A stretch of 64,000 nt of DNA from the human T2T-CHM13v2.0 reference genome, Homo sapiens (GCF_009914755.1 NC_060929.1); one strand, 5' to 3'. Positions 10,900-34,179 are shown, numbered from the stretch's first letter. Numbers and translations are program-made. Notes: generated by a model from the letters alone, not told the origin.

Positions 10900-13273
10900 G
10901 ACGAAGAAATGAAGAGACCCCAAAATGGTAAATATATAGTTAACAAGGTTTTTTCCCTATAAATTTCCTTAAAATGAATATGGCTTGTTTAAAGCAAAAG
11001 TTATAAAATTTATGTCTGTAGATATATATGATAGCTATAGCACAACGGATATGGGGGAATAAATGGACTATATGTATTCAATGTCCTCATATTTCATATG
11101 AAGTATTATAATATTAATTCAAAGATAACTGTGAAACATTAGAGGTGTACACTTAATCCCTAGAGTAACTATGAAAAAATACTGCAAAGACAAAGAAAGA
11201 AACAAAATACAGATTAAGCACATAGAAAACAATTAGTAAAATGGCAGACCTAAATCCAACCATTTATGTTAAATGTAAATTGACTAATCATGCTAATTTT
11301 CAATTAAAAGGTAAGACTGTCTGAATGAATAAAAAAAGCAAAACTGTCTGCTGTTTACAAGAAACATAGTTTATTTTTGTTCCAACTTTTCTTTTAGGTT
11401 AAGGTTGTACATGTGCAGATTTTTTAAATGGGTAAATTGTGTGTCACTGAGGTTTGGTGTACAAATGATCCCATCACCCAGGTAGTGTGCATAGTACCCA
11501 ATAGATAGTTTTTCAACCCATGCCCCACTCCCTTCCTCCTCCCATAAGTAGTCCCCAGTGTCTACTGTTCCCTTCTTAAGAAACATGCTTTAAATATAAA
11601 GACACAGATAGGTTGAAAATAAAAGGATAGAAAAAGATACAGTAAAAGGATAGAAAAACATATCGTAAATAAGCAGTAAACATAAGAAGGCTAGATGTCT
11701 ATATTAATATTATATATAGTAGAGTTCAAGATAAAGTATATTACCAAGCAATAAAGACAGACATTTCATGGTGATGAAAGAGCTAATTTATCACAAGACA
11801 TGACAATCATAACGTTATGTATCTAATAACAGAGCTTCAAAATATAAGGAGCAAAAACTGCCAGAATCAAAGAAAGAAACAGACAATTCCACAATCACAT
11901 TTATGAGGATTTTAACATCTCTCTAAAAAAAAATGGATCAATGAGACATAAAATCAATAAAGATATAGAACAGCTGAACAACATTATCAACACCTTTACC
12001 TAGCTGAAATTTATAAAACATTACATCCAACTAAAGAATAAACATTCAAGTGCACCTGGGATATTCAACAAAGGAGATAATATATTATGCAATAATCAAT
12101 TCTCAATAAATGCAAAAAGGTCAAAATCATGTAAAATGTATCCTTTATGTTCTTTTTAGTCAAATTAGAAATCAATAACAGAAAGGTATCTAGAGAATCC
12201 CCAAACATTTTAAAATTAAACAACTTCTAATATAATCACTGGATCAAAGAAGAAAGCATATGAGAAATTAAAAATATTTCAAACTGAATTACAATGAAAA
12301 TAAAACATATAAAAATCTGTGAGATGCAACTATTAAAGTAGTTCTTAGAGGTAAATTAAAGCTTTAAATGCTTATATTAGGCAAAAAGGTACAAAATCAG
12401 TGACCTCATTTTCTACCTTATTAAAGCTAAAAGAACAAAGAAAACAAAAATAAGTAGAAGGCAGAAAAAGAACAGAAATCAATAAAGTATAAAACAAATA
12501 ACAAAGACAACTAAAAGAGCCATAAATCGATTCTTGAAAAAAATCAATAAAATTGAATAATACAACTAAAAAAAAACCACAACTTACCAAAACAGACATA
12601 AGATGGAACAGAAAATCTGAATAGCCTATACCTATTAATGAATTTATTATCAAAACTCTCCCACAAATAAAACTATAGGCCCAGATGGTTTCACTCCTAA
12701 TTCTGTCAAACATTTAAGAAAGAAAAAAAAAAAACTTAAATGTTAGACAAATTCATTCAGAAAATAGAAGAGGTGAGAAGACTTCTTAACTTATGAGGCT
12801 GGCATAACCCTGATACCAAAACCAAAGGCATTATAAAAATATTATACACTGATAATTATAAATCTATAAAGATAGATTTTTTAAAATCCTTAACAAAATA
12901 TTAGCAAATCTTGATCAAAAGGATCCAGAAAAAAGCATTATCCCCCTCAAAAAAATCACAGACAAAAGAATTATCTCTCCCCCAAAATTATAGGCCAATG
13001 TTACTCATGAACATAGATGCAAAAACCCTTATTATAGCAAATCGAATCCAGCCATATATAAAAAGAATGATACATCATGACCAGATACAGTTTATTCTAA
13101 GAATGTAAGGTTGGTTTAACATTTGAAAATCAATAAAGCTAATTCACCACAGTAGTGAAATAAGAGAGAAAAATTATATGGTCATATCAATAGATGTATG
13201 AAAAGTACATGAGAAAAGCTAGCATAAACTCTATTTAAAAAAAAAAAAACTCTGTAAATTAAGAATAGGCTCC
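10900..13273 (+). mobile_element. Ancient L1M (degenerate ORF2), host of nested insertions; resumes at ~16271-16600 and ~22840-23000
   Basis: Degenerate ORF2 peptides (ORF 12911..13108). The sequence is continuous across the TSDs of the younger inserts. Confidence 0.75.
11368..11577 (-). mobile_element. Short L1PB/L1MA-type 3'-end insertion
   Basis: Reverse L1 3' UTR flanked by TSD aagaaacat (11359-11367 and 11578-11586). Confidence 0.8.
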
Positions 13274-13274
13274 T

Positions 13275-16256
<2,982 letters not shown>

Positions 16257-16509
16257 AAGAATAGACTCCTCAATCTGATAAAGAGCATCTATAAAAACCT
16301 ATAGTTAAAATCATGTTTAATCGTGAAATATGCTGAAATATTGAAAGAGGCAAAACTAATATAGAGTGAAAAATATCAGAACAGTAGTGGCATCTTGAGA
16401 GTGAGGAATGACTGAGAGAGGCATGAGGGAACTTTCTGGGATAGTGTATCTGTCAACATTCATCAAATGGCATATTTAAGATTTGTAGTTCACTATATGA
16501 AAATGTTAC

Positions 16510-16517
<8 letters not shown>

Positions 16518-16549
<32 letters not shown>

Positions 16550-16558
16550 TCACACACA
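16518..16558 (+). repeat. (CA)n microsatellite
   Basis: Read directly from the sequence. Confidence 0.95.
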
Positions 16559-17644
16559 CCCCTGAACTCTAATAATATTCATGCTGGGGTGTTTAGTGAT
16601 AAAACACACTGTTGGTTGGGGTGGAGCCAAGATGGCCGAACAGGAACAGCTCCAGTCTACAGCTCCCAGCGTGAGCGATGCAGAAGACGGGTGATTTCTG
16701 CATTTCCAACTGCGGTACCGAGTTCATCTCACTGTGGAGTGCCGGATAGTGGGTGCAGGACAGTGGGTGTAGTGCACCATGTGTGAGCCGAAGCAGGGTG
16801 AGGCATCGCCACACCCGGGAAGCGCAAGGGGTCAGGGAATTCCATTTCCTAGTCAAAGAAAAGGGTGACAGACGGCACCTGGAAAATTGGGTCACTCCCA
16901 CCCTAATACTGCGCTTTTCCAACAGGCTTAACAAACAGCACACCAGGAGATTATATCCCGCACATGGCTCAGAGGGTCCTATGCCCACGGAGCTTCACTC
17001 ATTACTAGCACAGCAGTCTGAGATCAAACTGCAAGGTGGCAGTGAGGCTGGGGGAGGGGCGCCTGCCATTGCTCAGGCTTGAGTAGGTTAACAAAGCGGC
17101 CAGGAAGCTCGAACTGGGTGGAGCCCACCACAGCTCAAGGACGCCTGCCTGCCTCTGTAGGCTCTACCTCTGGGGACAGGGCACAGACAAACAAAAGACA
17201 GCCATAACCTCTGCAGACTTAAATGTCCCTGTCTGACAGCTTTGAAGAGAGTAGTGGTTCTCCCAGCATGCAGCTTGAGATCTGAGAAAGAGCAGACTGC
17301 CTCTTCAAGTGGGTCCCTGACCCCCGAGTAGCCTAACTGGCAGGCACCCCCAAGTAGGGGTGGACTGACACCTCACATGGCCGGGTACTCCTCTGAGACA
17401 AAACTTCCAGAGGAACAATCAGGCAGCAGCATTTGTGGTTCACCAATATCCGCTCTTCTGCAGCCACTGCTGCTGATACCCAGACAAGCAGGGTCTGGAG
17501 TGGACCTCCAGTAAACTCCAACAGACCTGCAGCTGAGGTTCCTGACTGTTAGAAGGAAAACTAACAAAAAGAAAGGACATCCACACCAAAAACCCGTCTG
17601 TACGTCACCATCATCAAAGACAAAAGGTAGATAAAACCACAAAG

Positions 17645-18661
17645 ATGGGGAAAAAACAGAGCAGAAAAACCGGAAACTCTAAAAATCAGAGTGCCTCTCC
17701 TCCTCTAAAGGAACGCAGCTCCTCACCAGCAATGGAACAAAGCTGGATGGAGAATGACTTTGACGAGTTGAGAGAGGAAGGCTTCAGAAGATCAAACTAC
17801 TCCGAGCTAAAGGAGGAAGTGCAAACCAATGGCAAAGAAGTTAAAAACTATGAAAAAAAATTAGACGAATGGATAACTAGAATAATCAATGCAGAGAAGT
17901 CCTTAAAGGACCTAATGGAGCTGGAAACCACGGCACGAGAACTACGTGACAAATGCACAAGCCTCAGTAATCGATGCGATCAGTTGGAAGAAAGGGTATC
18001 AGCGATGGAAGACGAAATGAATGAAATGAAGTGTGAAGAAAAGTTTAGAGAAAAAAGAATAAAAAGAAATGAACAAAGCCTCCAAGAAATATGGGACTAT
18101 GTGAAAAGACCAAATCTACGTCTAATTGCCGTACCTGAAAGTGACAGGGAGAATGGAACCAAGTTGGAAAACACTCTGCAGGATATTATCCAGGAGAACT
18201 TCCCCAATCTAGCAAGGTGGGCCAACATTCAAATTCAGGAAATACAGAGAACGCCACAAAGATACTCCTCGAGAAGAGCAACTCCAAGACACATCATTGT
18301 CAGATTCACCAAAGTTGAAATGAAGGAAAAAATGTTAAGGGCAGCCACAGAGAAAGGTCGAGTTACCAACAAAGGGAAGCCCATCAGACTAACAGTGGAT
18401 CTCTTGGCAGAAACTCTACAAGCCAGAAGAGAGTGGGGGCCAATATTCAACATTCTTAAAGAAAAGAATTTTCAAACCAAAATTTCATATCCAGCCAAAC
18501 TAAGCTTCCTAAGTGAAGGAGAAATAAAATACTTTACAGACAAGCAAATGCTGAGAGATTTTGTCACCACCAGGCCTGCCCTAAAAGAGCTCCTGAAGGA
18601 AGCACTAAACATGGAAAGGAACAACTGGTACCAGCCACTACAAAAACATGCCAAATTGTAA
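17645..18661 (+). CDS. LINE-1 ORF1p, full length (338 aa), open
   Basis: MGKKQSRKTGNSK...QPLQKHAKL*. The ARR and YPAKLS motifs are intact, and REKG has become TEKG. Confidence 0.85.
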   Translation: MGKKQSRKTGNSKNQSASPPLKERSSSPAMEQSWMENDFDELREEGFRRSNYSELKEEVQTNGKEVKNYEKKLDEWITRIINAEKSLKDLMELETTARELRDKCTSLSNRCDQLEERVSAMEDEMNEMKCEEKFREKRIKRNEQSLQEIWDYVKRPNLRLIAVPESDRENGTKLENTLQDIIQENFPNLARWANIQIQEIQRTPQRYSSRRATPRHIIVRFTKVEMKEKMLRAATEKGRVTNKGKPIRLTVDLLAETLQARREWGPIFNILKEKNFQTKISYPAKLSFLSEGEIKYFTDKQMLRDFVTTRPALKELLKEALNMERNNWYQPLQKHAKL

Positions 18662-18724
18662 AGACCGTCGATGCTAGGAAGAAACTGCATCAACTAACGA
18701 GCAAAATAACCAGCTAACATCATA

Positions 18725-22453
<3,729 letters not shown>

Positions 22454-23305
22454 GGACGCGGATGAAGCTGGAAACCATCATTCTCAGCAAACTATCGCAA
22501 GGACAAAAAACCAAACACCGCATGTTCTCACTCATAGGTGGGAATTGAACAATGAGAACACATGGACACAGGAAGGGGAACATCACACACTGGGGACTGT
22601 TGTGGGGTCGGGGGAGGGGGGAGGGATAGCTTTAGGAGATATACCTAATGTTAAATGACGAGTTAATGGGTGCAGCACACCAACGTGGCACAGGTATACA
22701 TATGTAACAAACCTGCACATTGTGCACATGTACCCTAAAACTTAAAAGTATAATAGTAATGATAAAAAAAAAGAAGCCACATGTTGAACATGGTAGACTC
22801 AAAAAAAATAAAAAATAAAAAAAATAAAACACACTGTTGTCTATAATTTCTCTGAAATGCACCAAAATAAAGATGGATTGATGGATGGACAGAGAGATTT
22901 CAAGATGGATAGATATCTGATAAAATAAATATGTAGAATCTAGATAGTAGGTATATGGATAAATAAATAGGTCATGTGAACTTTTTGAATATTTTAAAAC
23001 TACCTATTTTTAAAATGTATATACAAAAACGATTTCCCCCAAATATTGTTTCTTATAGAAGGTATGAATTCATTGCTGTTTAGGTTCTGGAACCTGTGAA
23101 AATTTGCTTACCAATATGTACATTGGTTAACTTGATTATCTATCACAGGTCCCAGTTAGATGGGATGAAAAATTAAGTATCAGAAACTCAAAAGTCGTTA
23201 ACTTTGGAATGCAGATGATGATTTTCCTTCTAGAAAACTTCCTTTCCTTGTCTAGATTTTGCTCAAACTACAATAAAAATTAGTTTCCTAAAGAAGATGA
23301 AAATG

Positions 23306-23605
<300 letters not shown>

Positions 23606-23839
23606 CTAAAATGTCTACTATAGAAATGAGAAAATAACCACAACCAAATATTACTTTTCTCCTTGAGCCCTGAATGCCTGAAAGATAAGGTAAATATAAA
23701 AGTAAACATATGGCTTCCAAGGAAAAGCCAGTATCCTATTTTAAAGTTACTGAAGAAAATTCCCAAAGAAAACAAGATACAAGTGTGAGTGATCCAAAGT
23801 CAATGATGGGTCAGGGGGAGGAGGTGCTTAAAAATGAAT

Positions 23840-26720
<2,881 letters not shown>

Positions 26721-27886
26721 TATAATAATTATGTATCCATTAAAAGTAAAAAATGGTGTCCAATTCCAGGAAAAACAATGACTGCTACCTGAAGTGAGAC
26801 TTAAAAAAGGATGACTCAGTAGAGAAGAATTATCAGTTTCAGGGCTGAAAGAAGTTCCCAGTGTCAATAAAGCCAGAAGGTGCTTTATTCTGCAGAGAAA
26901 GCCACTGAAGACCACAGAAATCGCTACAGATTACAGAAAGAAATCAAATGTAACAGAGAATTTTCCTTTCCCTAAGGATTATGCCTTCAGCATTGTAAAA
27001 CCACCCCTCCAAAATAAAGATGGAACACATTCTACAACAGATCTTTTATTACCTCCCAAATCTGCAGGTTGGGAGATCCCCAAAAAAACTTATTTAAAAA
27101 AAGAAATTGGAGGAAATCTCCTTAAAAAATGAATATAGTTATAAATTTCCTTCAAAGAGAATATAACACATTTTTAAAAAAGATTTATGATTACACTAAA
27201 ATTTGTTATATGCTGTAATGTAGCCACCGTTAACACTCACAGAAGTATAAAGCGCACTCCTTTCTACATTACATAGTCCTAAACAGTTTTGTCTCTCATA
27301 TTTTATGTTATCTATTTCTTGCTTTGTTATTGACTTAAACTTCAGGCTATCATTAATACCCTGGTCTGGGCCAACCTTTCTTTTTCAGTTCCAATGTGTT
27401 ACAGGTATAGGAATCAGAAAGAGTTCTGCATAAAATAAAGCTCAAGGCATTGTTCTCAGAGGTTTTTGGCAAAAATTTAAAATGTGATCTATTTTGAGTA
27501 TTCAGAGTTTTTTTTAGCCTACTTCATGGCTGTCACCTTTGCTTTTGGAAAAAGAATTATTGCTCTTTCTGAGCTCCCTGCAATTTGTTTTTTAATCAAA
27601 GACAAAAATATCATAAAACGTAAATGAGGACTTATAAAATTCAAAATGTTACATATAAAAGACCATTGGTCCACTATTACATTTTGTTCATTTCTCACAG
27701 GGCAGTGGGCCTTTTTTTAAATTGTACCACAAAATAAGTATACTTAAATCTTCCTACTAGAGATTATTAATCTTTTTGTTTTCACAGCATCTGGTACATA
27801 GAAGGCATACTGTAAACGCTCACTACATTGAACTAACACGATAGAGGTCATATAGCTGAGAGAGTGAGTGTGTGTGTGTATGAGAC

Positions 27887-27891
<5 letters not shown>

Positions 27892-27926
<35 letters not shown>

Positions 27927-27976
27927 GGGAGGCAAAATGATGGTTGCATTTTAAACAAACATTGCCGGTGATTCTG

Positions 27977-28021
<45 letters not shown>

Positions 28022-28070
28022 GGGAGGTGAAATGATGGTTGCATTTTAAACAAACATTGCAGGTGATTCT
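27892..28070 (+). repeat. Two-copy tandem repeat: (TG)n plus a ~55-bp unique unit
   Basis: (tg)n-ttttgggagg(ca/tg)aaatgatggttgcattttaaacaaacattgc(c/a)ggtgattct occurs twice. Confidence 0.92.
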
Positions 28071-29361
28071 ATTGAAAATGGAAACTCTGTGGAAACACTG
28101 TCCTCTGTAATTCTGTGGGATGTGGTAGCCAGAAATAAAGATAGAGCTAAGATGCAAAGTAAGAAGGAAAAGTAGAGAACAAGTGAGTTCAAAATGCAGG
28201 AAAATATGATAGGGATAAAGAATTCATGAAGGTCACAGAAGTACCTGAGACAATGAGGAAAAGGTATATATTAACTGGCTGAAGACAAGAAGGGAACAGC
28301 CACTGAGAATGTTAACACTGGCACATTAAAAAAAAAAGGCTAATACAAAGAAACATGTTAAGAGAGGCTTGAGAAATCCATAAAGTCAAAATTGGCTGCA
28401 TATAGGGCTACTCTTGAACTCAATGGGCAGACAAAGAATACCAACAGAAAGAACCGCATATCTCTTGAAATCAAGAGAGTAAGTGCTGTGGCTGGCAAAT
28501 AAGAATACAAGGTTGAGGGTTATAACAGGGCTATAACCTGGGTATGACATTTAAAATAATATCCTGTTAAAATCCTGATTATAGTATAAACCCAGGCTTT
28601 GCTAAGGTAAAGTACTGGGGGTGCACTTGAAATCACTTGCTTGTCCCTGGATTTTACTGTGCCATCTCTGTGCACCATAAGACTCTTTGCAATGTTTCTA
28701 AACTGAGCAAGTTTAGAAACAACATGAAAAGTATGGACACCCAAAAGCACCATCCAGGCTGTCCAAGTATTGTTCAGTGTATTAAGTACTTAAGTACCTT
28801 TAAGGAATCACTCTTCTCTAGCACAACATGTCACATTCTACCCACAGGGAACATTGTACCAGTGACCCAGCCTTGCAGAAATACTGCACTTTCTGAGCTC
28901 CCTGTCCCAACCTCTGTACTTCATACTGTATTTTTTCCATTTCCCTGGCCACTGCTCCTGCTGTACATCTACCATTTCATCATAAATTTTCCCCTACAGC
29001 TCAGTGCACCATCAGCTTCTTCCAGTGTTTGACATCATTTCTCCTTCATTCAAGGCTGAGTCTCATAGTAACAATGACCATGCAAAGCCAGCCCCAGGTA
29101 CCTTCTGGATGCCACTGCACATAACCCACCTGGCATAATCTTTGAAGGAGAAACATAATGCTCTTCTCCTGCCACCCAGTCTTCTCACCCTGCCCTCTTC
29201 CCTGAAAGATAATGGTGATGAGCTACTTCAACAGGAAAATGATCTGAAAGCCTTCTGTTTGGAACTTACCTTAGGCTCACTTTGCTATACTTTCCTAAGA
29301 GTGATTCAGCTGAAACTACAAACCACTCTTAAGGTAACTGTGGGTGGTAATCCTAACTTAC

Positions 29362-29517
29362 CAGCATAACTTGGCTGATTAACATTTCCACCTTTTTTTA
29401 TACAATGATGAACAAGATCAGCATCATCGTGTAGAGCAGCCTTATATACTAAGTTCTCTCCAAAAATGTTTCTCCGGTTAATGCTATGAAGAGATATTTT
29501 GTTCACCTTCATTTTTT
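29362..29517 (-). CDS. ANKRD31: ANKRD31 coding exon (inferred exon 10), 156 nt, first ankyrin repeat
   Basis: tttcag|AA AAA ATG...TAT GCT G|gtaagt. The translation includes GENLVYKAALHDDADLVHHCIKKGGNVNQ, an ankyrin-like repeat. Confidence 0.96.
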
Positions 29518-30499
29518 CTGAAATGAGGGAATGAACAAAAGAAAAAAATCATTATTTGAATATCAGAAGGAATACGGATTACAAACCACATATTTCAAAC
29601 TACAAACTTCACGAACATAGGTAACAGGATTAACTCAGTCAATAGTGTAGAAGTGAAGTATATTATGAGAATATTCATCCATTAACCCAACTATAATATT
29701 ATCTACATACAAAAAGGAAAAAGAGACAAATGCCACTAGTCTTAAAATATTTGAAGTAAACTATAAATCATGATAAACAGTGTGTGTTGATTGAAAACCC
29801 ATGAAAGGTGCATATATGAAAAGACTAACAGATAATCTTCTTAAAAGTTCTGGTGAAAAGGATTATTTAAACCTAGAATAATATATTATCAAATTTAATA
29901 AAATGTTATATTACCAAATGTCTTATAAAACCATGAGGAGAAAATCTCAGAGGCATATAAGATACAAAAACTAATCCCAGTGAGACTGGAAAAGGGAATG
30001 CAAAATTCTCCTTCTTGGCTAAAAATAAATTAATGAAATTAAGCAGAGAACCACAGCCTTGATCCTTGCAATTGTTTTTATTTACTAAGCCAGAAATGCA
30101 CGATTAAAATACTTTTCCAGATAATGTATATCAAGTATCAATTCTCCACTGTGCCTCCTAAAATACTGAAGCTCCTCATTTACATGTTTCAAATCCTGTC
30201 AGTTTGGAGGGCAATACTCATCTGGATTTTCTGAATTTCAGAGTAGCTTGATGATAGCTTTTCCAGTTTGTATCTAGCTATCCTGCCCCATCCTAAAACC
30301 TTACAAAGGTAACTGAGTACTGCAGCAGCTTTCTTAATGGACGACATATCAACTGCCTTGCCGTTTGACTCCCTTGATTCAGTCCCACTGTATAACAAAC
30401 CCAACTGCTGAACTTTGAGTCTACATTCTTGTATACCAGACTACAAAGCATTCTTTTCCCACTAGACAAATTGCATGCTTACCATAATCAGAGCAGTCT

Positions 30500-31390
<891 letters not shown>

Positions 31391-33339
31391 TGAAGGTGTT
31401 ACAGACTGAATGGTGTCCTCCCAAAACTCAAACTTGAAGTCCTAGACCAATAAGACTGGATTGAGGTGCTTATATATGTGTGTGTGTGTGTGTGTATTTT
31501 TTTTTCTGTGAACTGCTTGTTCATGTTCCTTATCTATTCATGTTCTTTTTACTTTTTTCCCCCAGTTTAAAAATTTTTAATTAATTATTGTTATTATTAT
31601 TATCTGACATGTAAAAAGGGATACTTATTTAATGTATACAATTCAATATACTTGGGGACAAGTATATACCCATGAAACCATCACCACCATTAAGGCCATG
31701 ACATACACCCCTGTTCTTTATCCTTACTGTTTCATTAGAGTTTTTTGCATACTAATGCAATTAAACCCTTGTCAAATGATGCTAATATTTCTTAGCTATT
31801 TGATATTTGATTCTTCTTTAGTGTATATTTCCATACAATTTTTTTAAATGTATGTAGTTAATTTTATCATTCTTTAAAAGAATTTTTATCATTCTTTTAA
31901 AGGTATGTAGTTAATTTTATGATTTTAAACTCAGAAACCAAGAGGATTTAAAAAGACTTTCTCCACACCAAGGTTACAGAAAGATTCACTTACGCTTTCT
32001 TCTACAACTTTTATTTTTCATTTAAATCTTTGATCAATCTGAAATTAAAGTTAGTGTAAGGAATGTTATGGAAATCCAATTTTGTTTGTGTTTTCCACTA
32101 CTTATTGCTTAGTCTTTCTTTTCACCACAATTTGAGATGCCATCTGTATTACATATCTTTCCCGTATCTCACTGTAGCTGGCTTCTACATCTAAACTCTC
32201 TATTCTGTTTCACTGATTTATCTGTCTATTCCTGCTCCAGTGTCAAATAACTTTAATTTCTGTAGCTTTCTAATATGCTCTCATACTATGGAGAAAAGGT
32301 CCTGCCACTCTAACTTTTTGCTTTTATTTTTCAGAATTTTCTTGGCTAGTCTCTCATATTTACTTTTCTAGGTGATATTTAGTATTACTTTGAAATTTTC
32401 TCATAGCTACTCTCTATCACTGTAAAACAGTACAAAATAAAACAAAAAATTAGCAAATAAATAAAAATCTGTTTTTGATGAGATCTCATGCATTTCTAGA
32501 ATAATTTAGGGATAACCTTCTTACAATGCTGAATCTTTCTAGTCAAGAACAAGGTTCTTCTTTCCATTTATTCAAGTATTTTTTACATCTCACAGTAGAA
32601 TTTTTAAACTTTCTTCTTATAAGTATGATACGTTTCTTATTAGTTATAAAAGTATTTTCTTTTTGGAACAATTATAAATGAGATAGTCTTTTACACTTTC
32701 TAACAAGTTAATACATACATATATGTGAAAGGCATTAATTGTTGACTCCAGCTTATCGCATTTTTAAAACTTTTTCTTTTGAAATAATCTCAGACTTACA
32801 GAAAAGTTGTAAAAATAGAACAAAAGACTCACCCCTTGTTAATATTTTGCCATTGACTTTAAACCATTCTTTCTTCTAAATACGTATGCATCCAGACACA
32901 TGTATACATAAAAAGTAACTTTTATACATCATGCCCTTTTACTTACTAATACTTTAATGTATATTTCTAAGGACAAAGATGTACGCTTATATCGCTGCAG
33001 TATTATTATCAAATTCAGAAAACTTACCTCTGATACAATATTATTTTTTCATCTACAACCCATATTTCAGTTTTGCCAATTGTTCTACTATCTATTATTT
33101 TTTAAACAATGTTTCTAGATTCTCTTATTGCTTCTGAGAGTTTTTTAGTTCAATCTTTTGGATGTTATAGGAACACAGAAATAAGATCTAAGAATAATAA
33201 CAATTGTGCCTTGTCCTTTCCTTTATTCCTCCTGATATGCTTTTTCATAGCCATATGCTAGGTTAGTCACACATGTAAATTTAAAAAGAGGTCTGTAACT
33301 ACTCTTTCCAAAGCAGAACTACAGAAAAAAGTACTAATC

Positions 33340-33490
33340 TATGAGTCAGAAGTTCAGGATCAATTCTCAATTATGCTAATAATGAGCTGTATGGTTCTGG
33401 GAAAAACCCTTAACCTATCTGAAATTCAGTTTCCTCATCAGCAAAATTAGAAAGTTGAGAAAGATAATCTCTGAATCCTTTCTACCAATT
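33340..33490 (+). mobile_element. MIR fragment
   Basis: MIR core cttaacctatctgaaattcagtttcctcatcagcaaaat. Confidence 0.6.
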
Positions 33491-33535
33491 CTGTTTTTGT
33501 AAAAGAAATAGAAAAATACTCAAAATATGCATCAC

Positions 33536-33645
33536 CTTTTTTTCCTGAAAATTGTTCATTTTTCCTGATCTGTTTTCCATTCTTGAACCTTGCTGAATGC
33601 ATATTCTTCTCTTTACCATCAATCATTAAAGCCGGATCCTGCATT
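33536..33645 (-). CDS. ANKRD31: ANKRD31 coding exon (inferred exon 9), 110 nt
   Basis: tttttcaag|A ATG CAG GAT...AAA AAA G|gtgatg gives (R)MQDPALMIDGKEKN...QFSGKK(E). Phase 2 to 1. Confidence 0.92.
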
Positions 33646-34179
33646 CTTGAAAAACAACGTATTTTTTAAATGGCTATAACGGTTTTTGCAAACATTCACA
33701 GAGAATTATACCAATTTTTGAATACAATATTAAAACTCCAGGGTATTTTACTGAGCTGTTCTCAAGTGGCGTGGCAGTTTTAAATACGGAGATGGCTCCT
33801 GCAGGTAATTCTGCAGCAGGCATGCCAGTCATCACAGCTTCTAGCCCTCTCTTTGCGCGACCTGTGGGTTTCTCTTCTTTAGGATTAGTCATCTACAAGT
33901 GTGAGTATTCTTAATCTCCTGCTCTTTACTCCCCAAGTTGGCATGCCACTATCCACTCTATTCACCCTCTAGAGAAAAAGATGCAGGCTCTTTGCGAGGA
34001 AAAAGCCTTGCTCTGTGGTATGGCACTGATCAAAAACTGCAAAATAAAAAAGCAATAATATAAAAAATAAAGCTCTTTCCCCTGTGTTAACTGTATACTG
34101 ACCCTGATGTCCCCAAGCATATAATTATCTATAATGTCTATAGCATACCTGGAGATAAAGACATAATTTCATTGCATAC

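Noticed and set aside
27861-28070. Repeat-spacer-like pattern considered as a CRISPR-like array
   Set aside because: The context is eukaryotic, there are only two units, and the 'spacers' are the same sequence in both.
28520-29369. ORFs of 75-131 aa in intronic DNA
   Set aside because: No recognisable domain or splice structure, and several use non-ATG starts.
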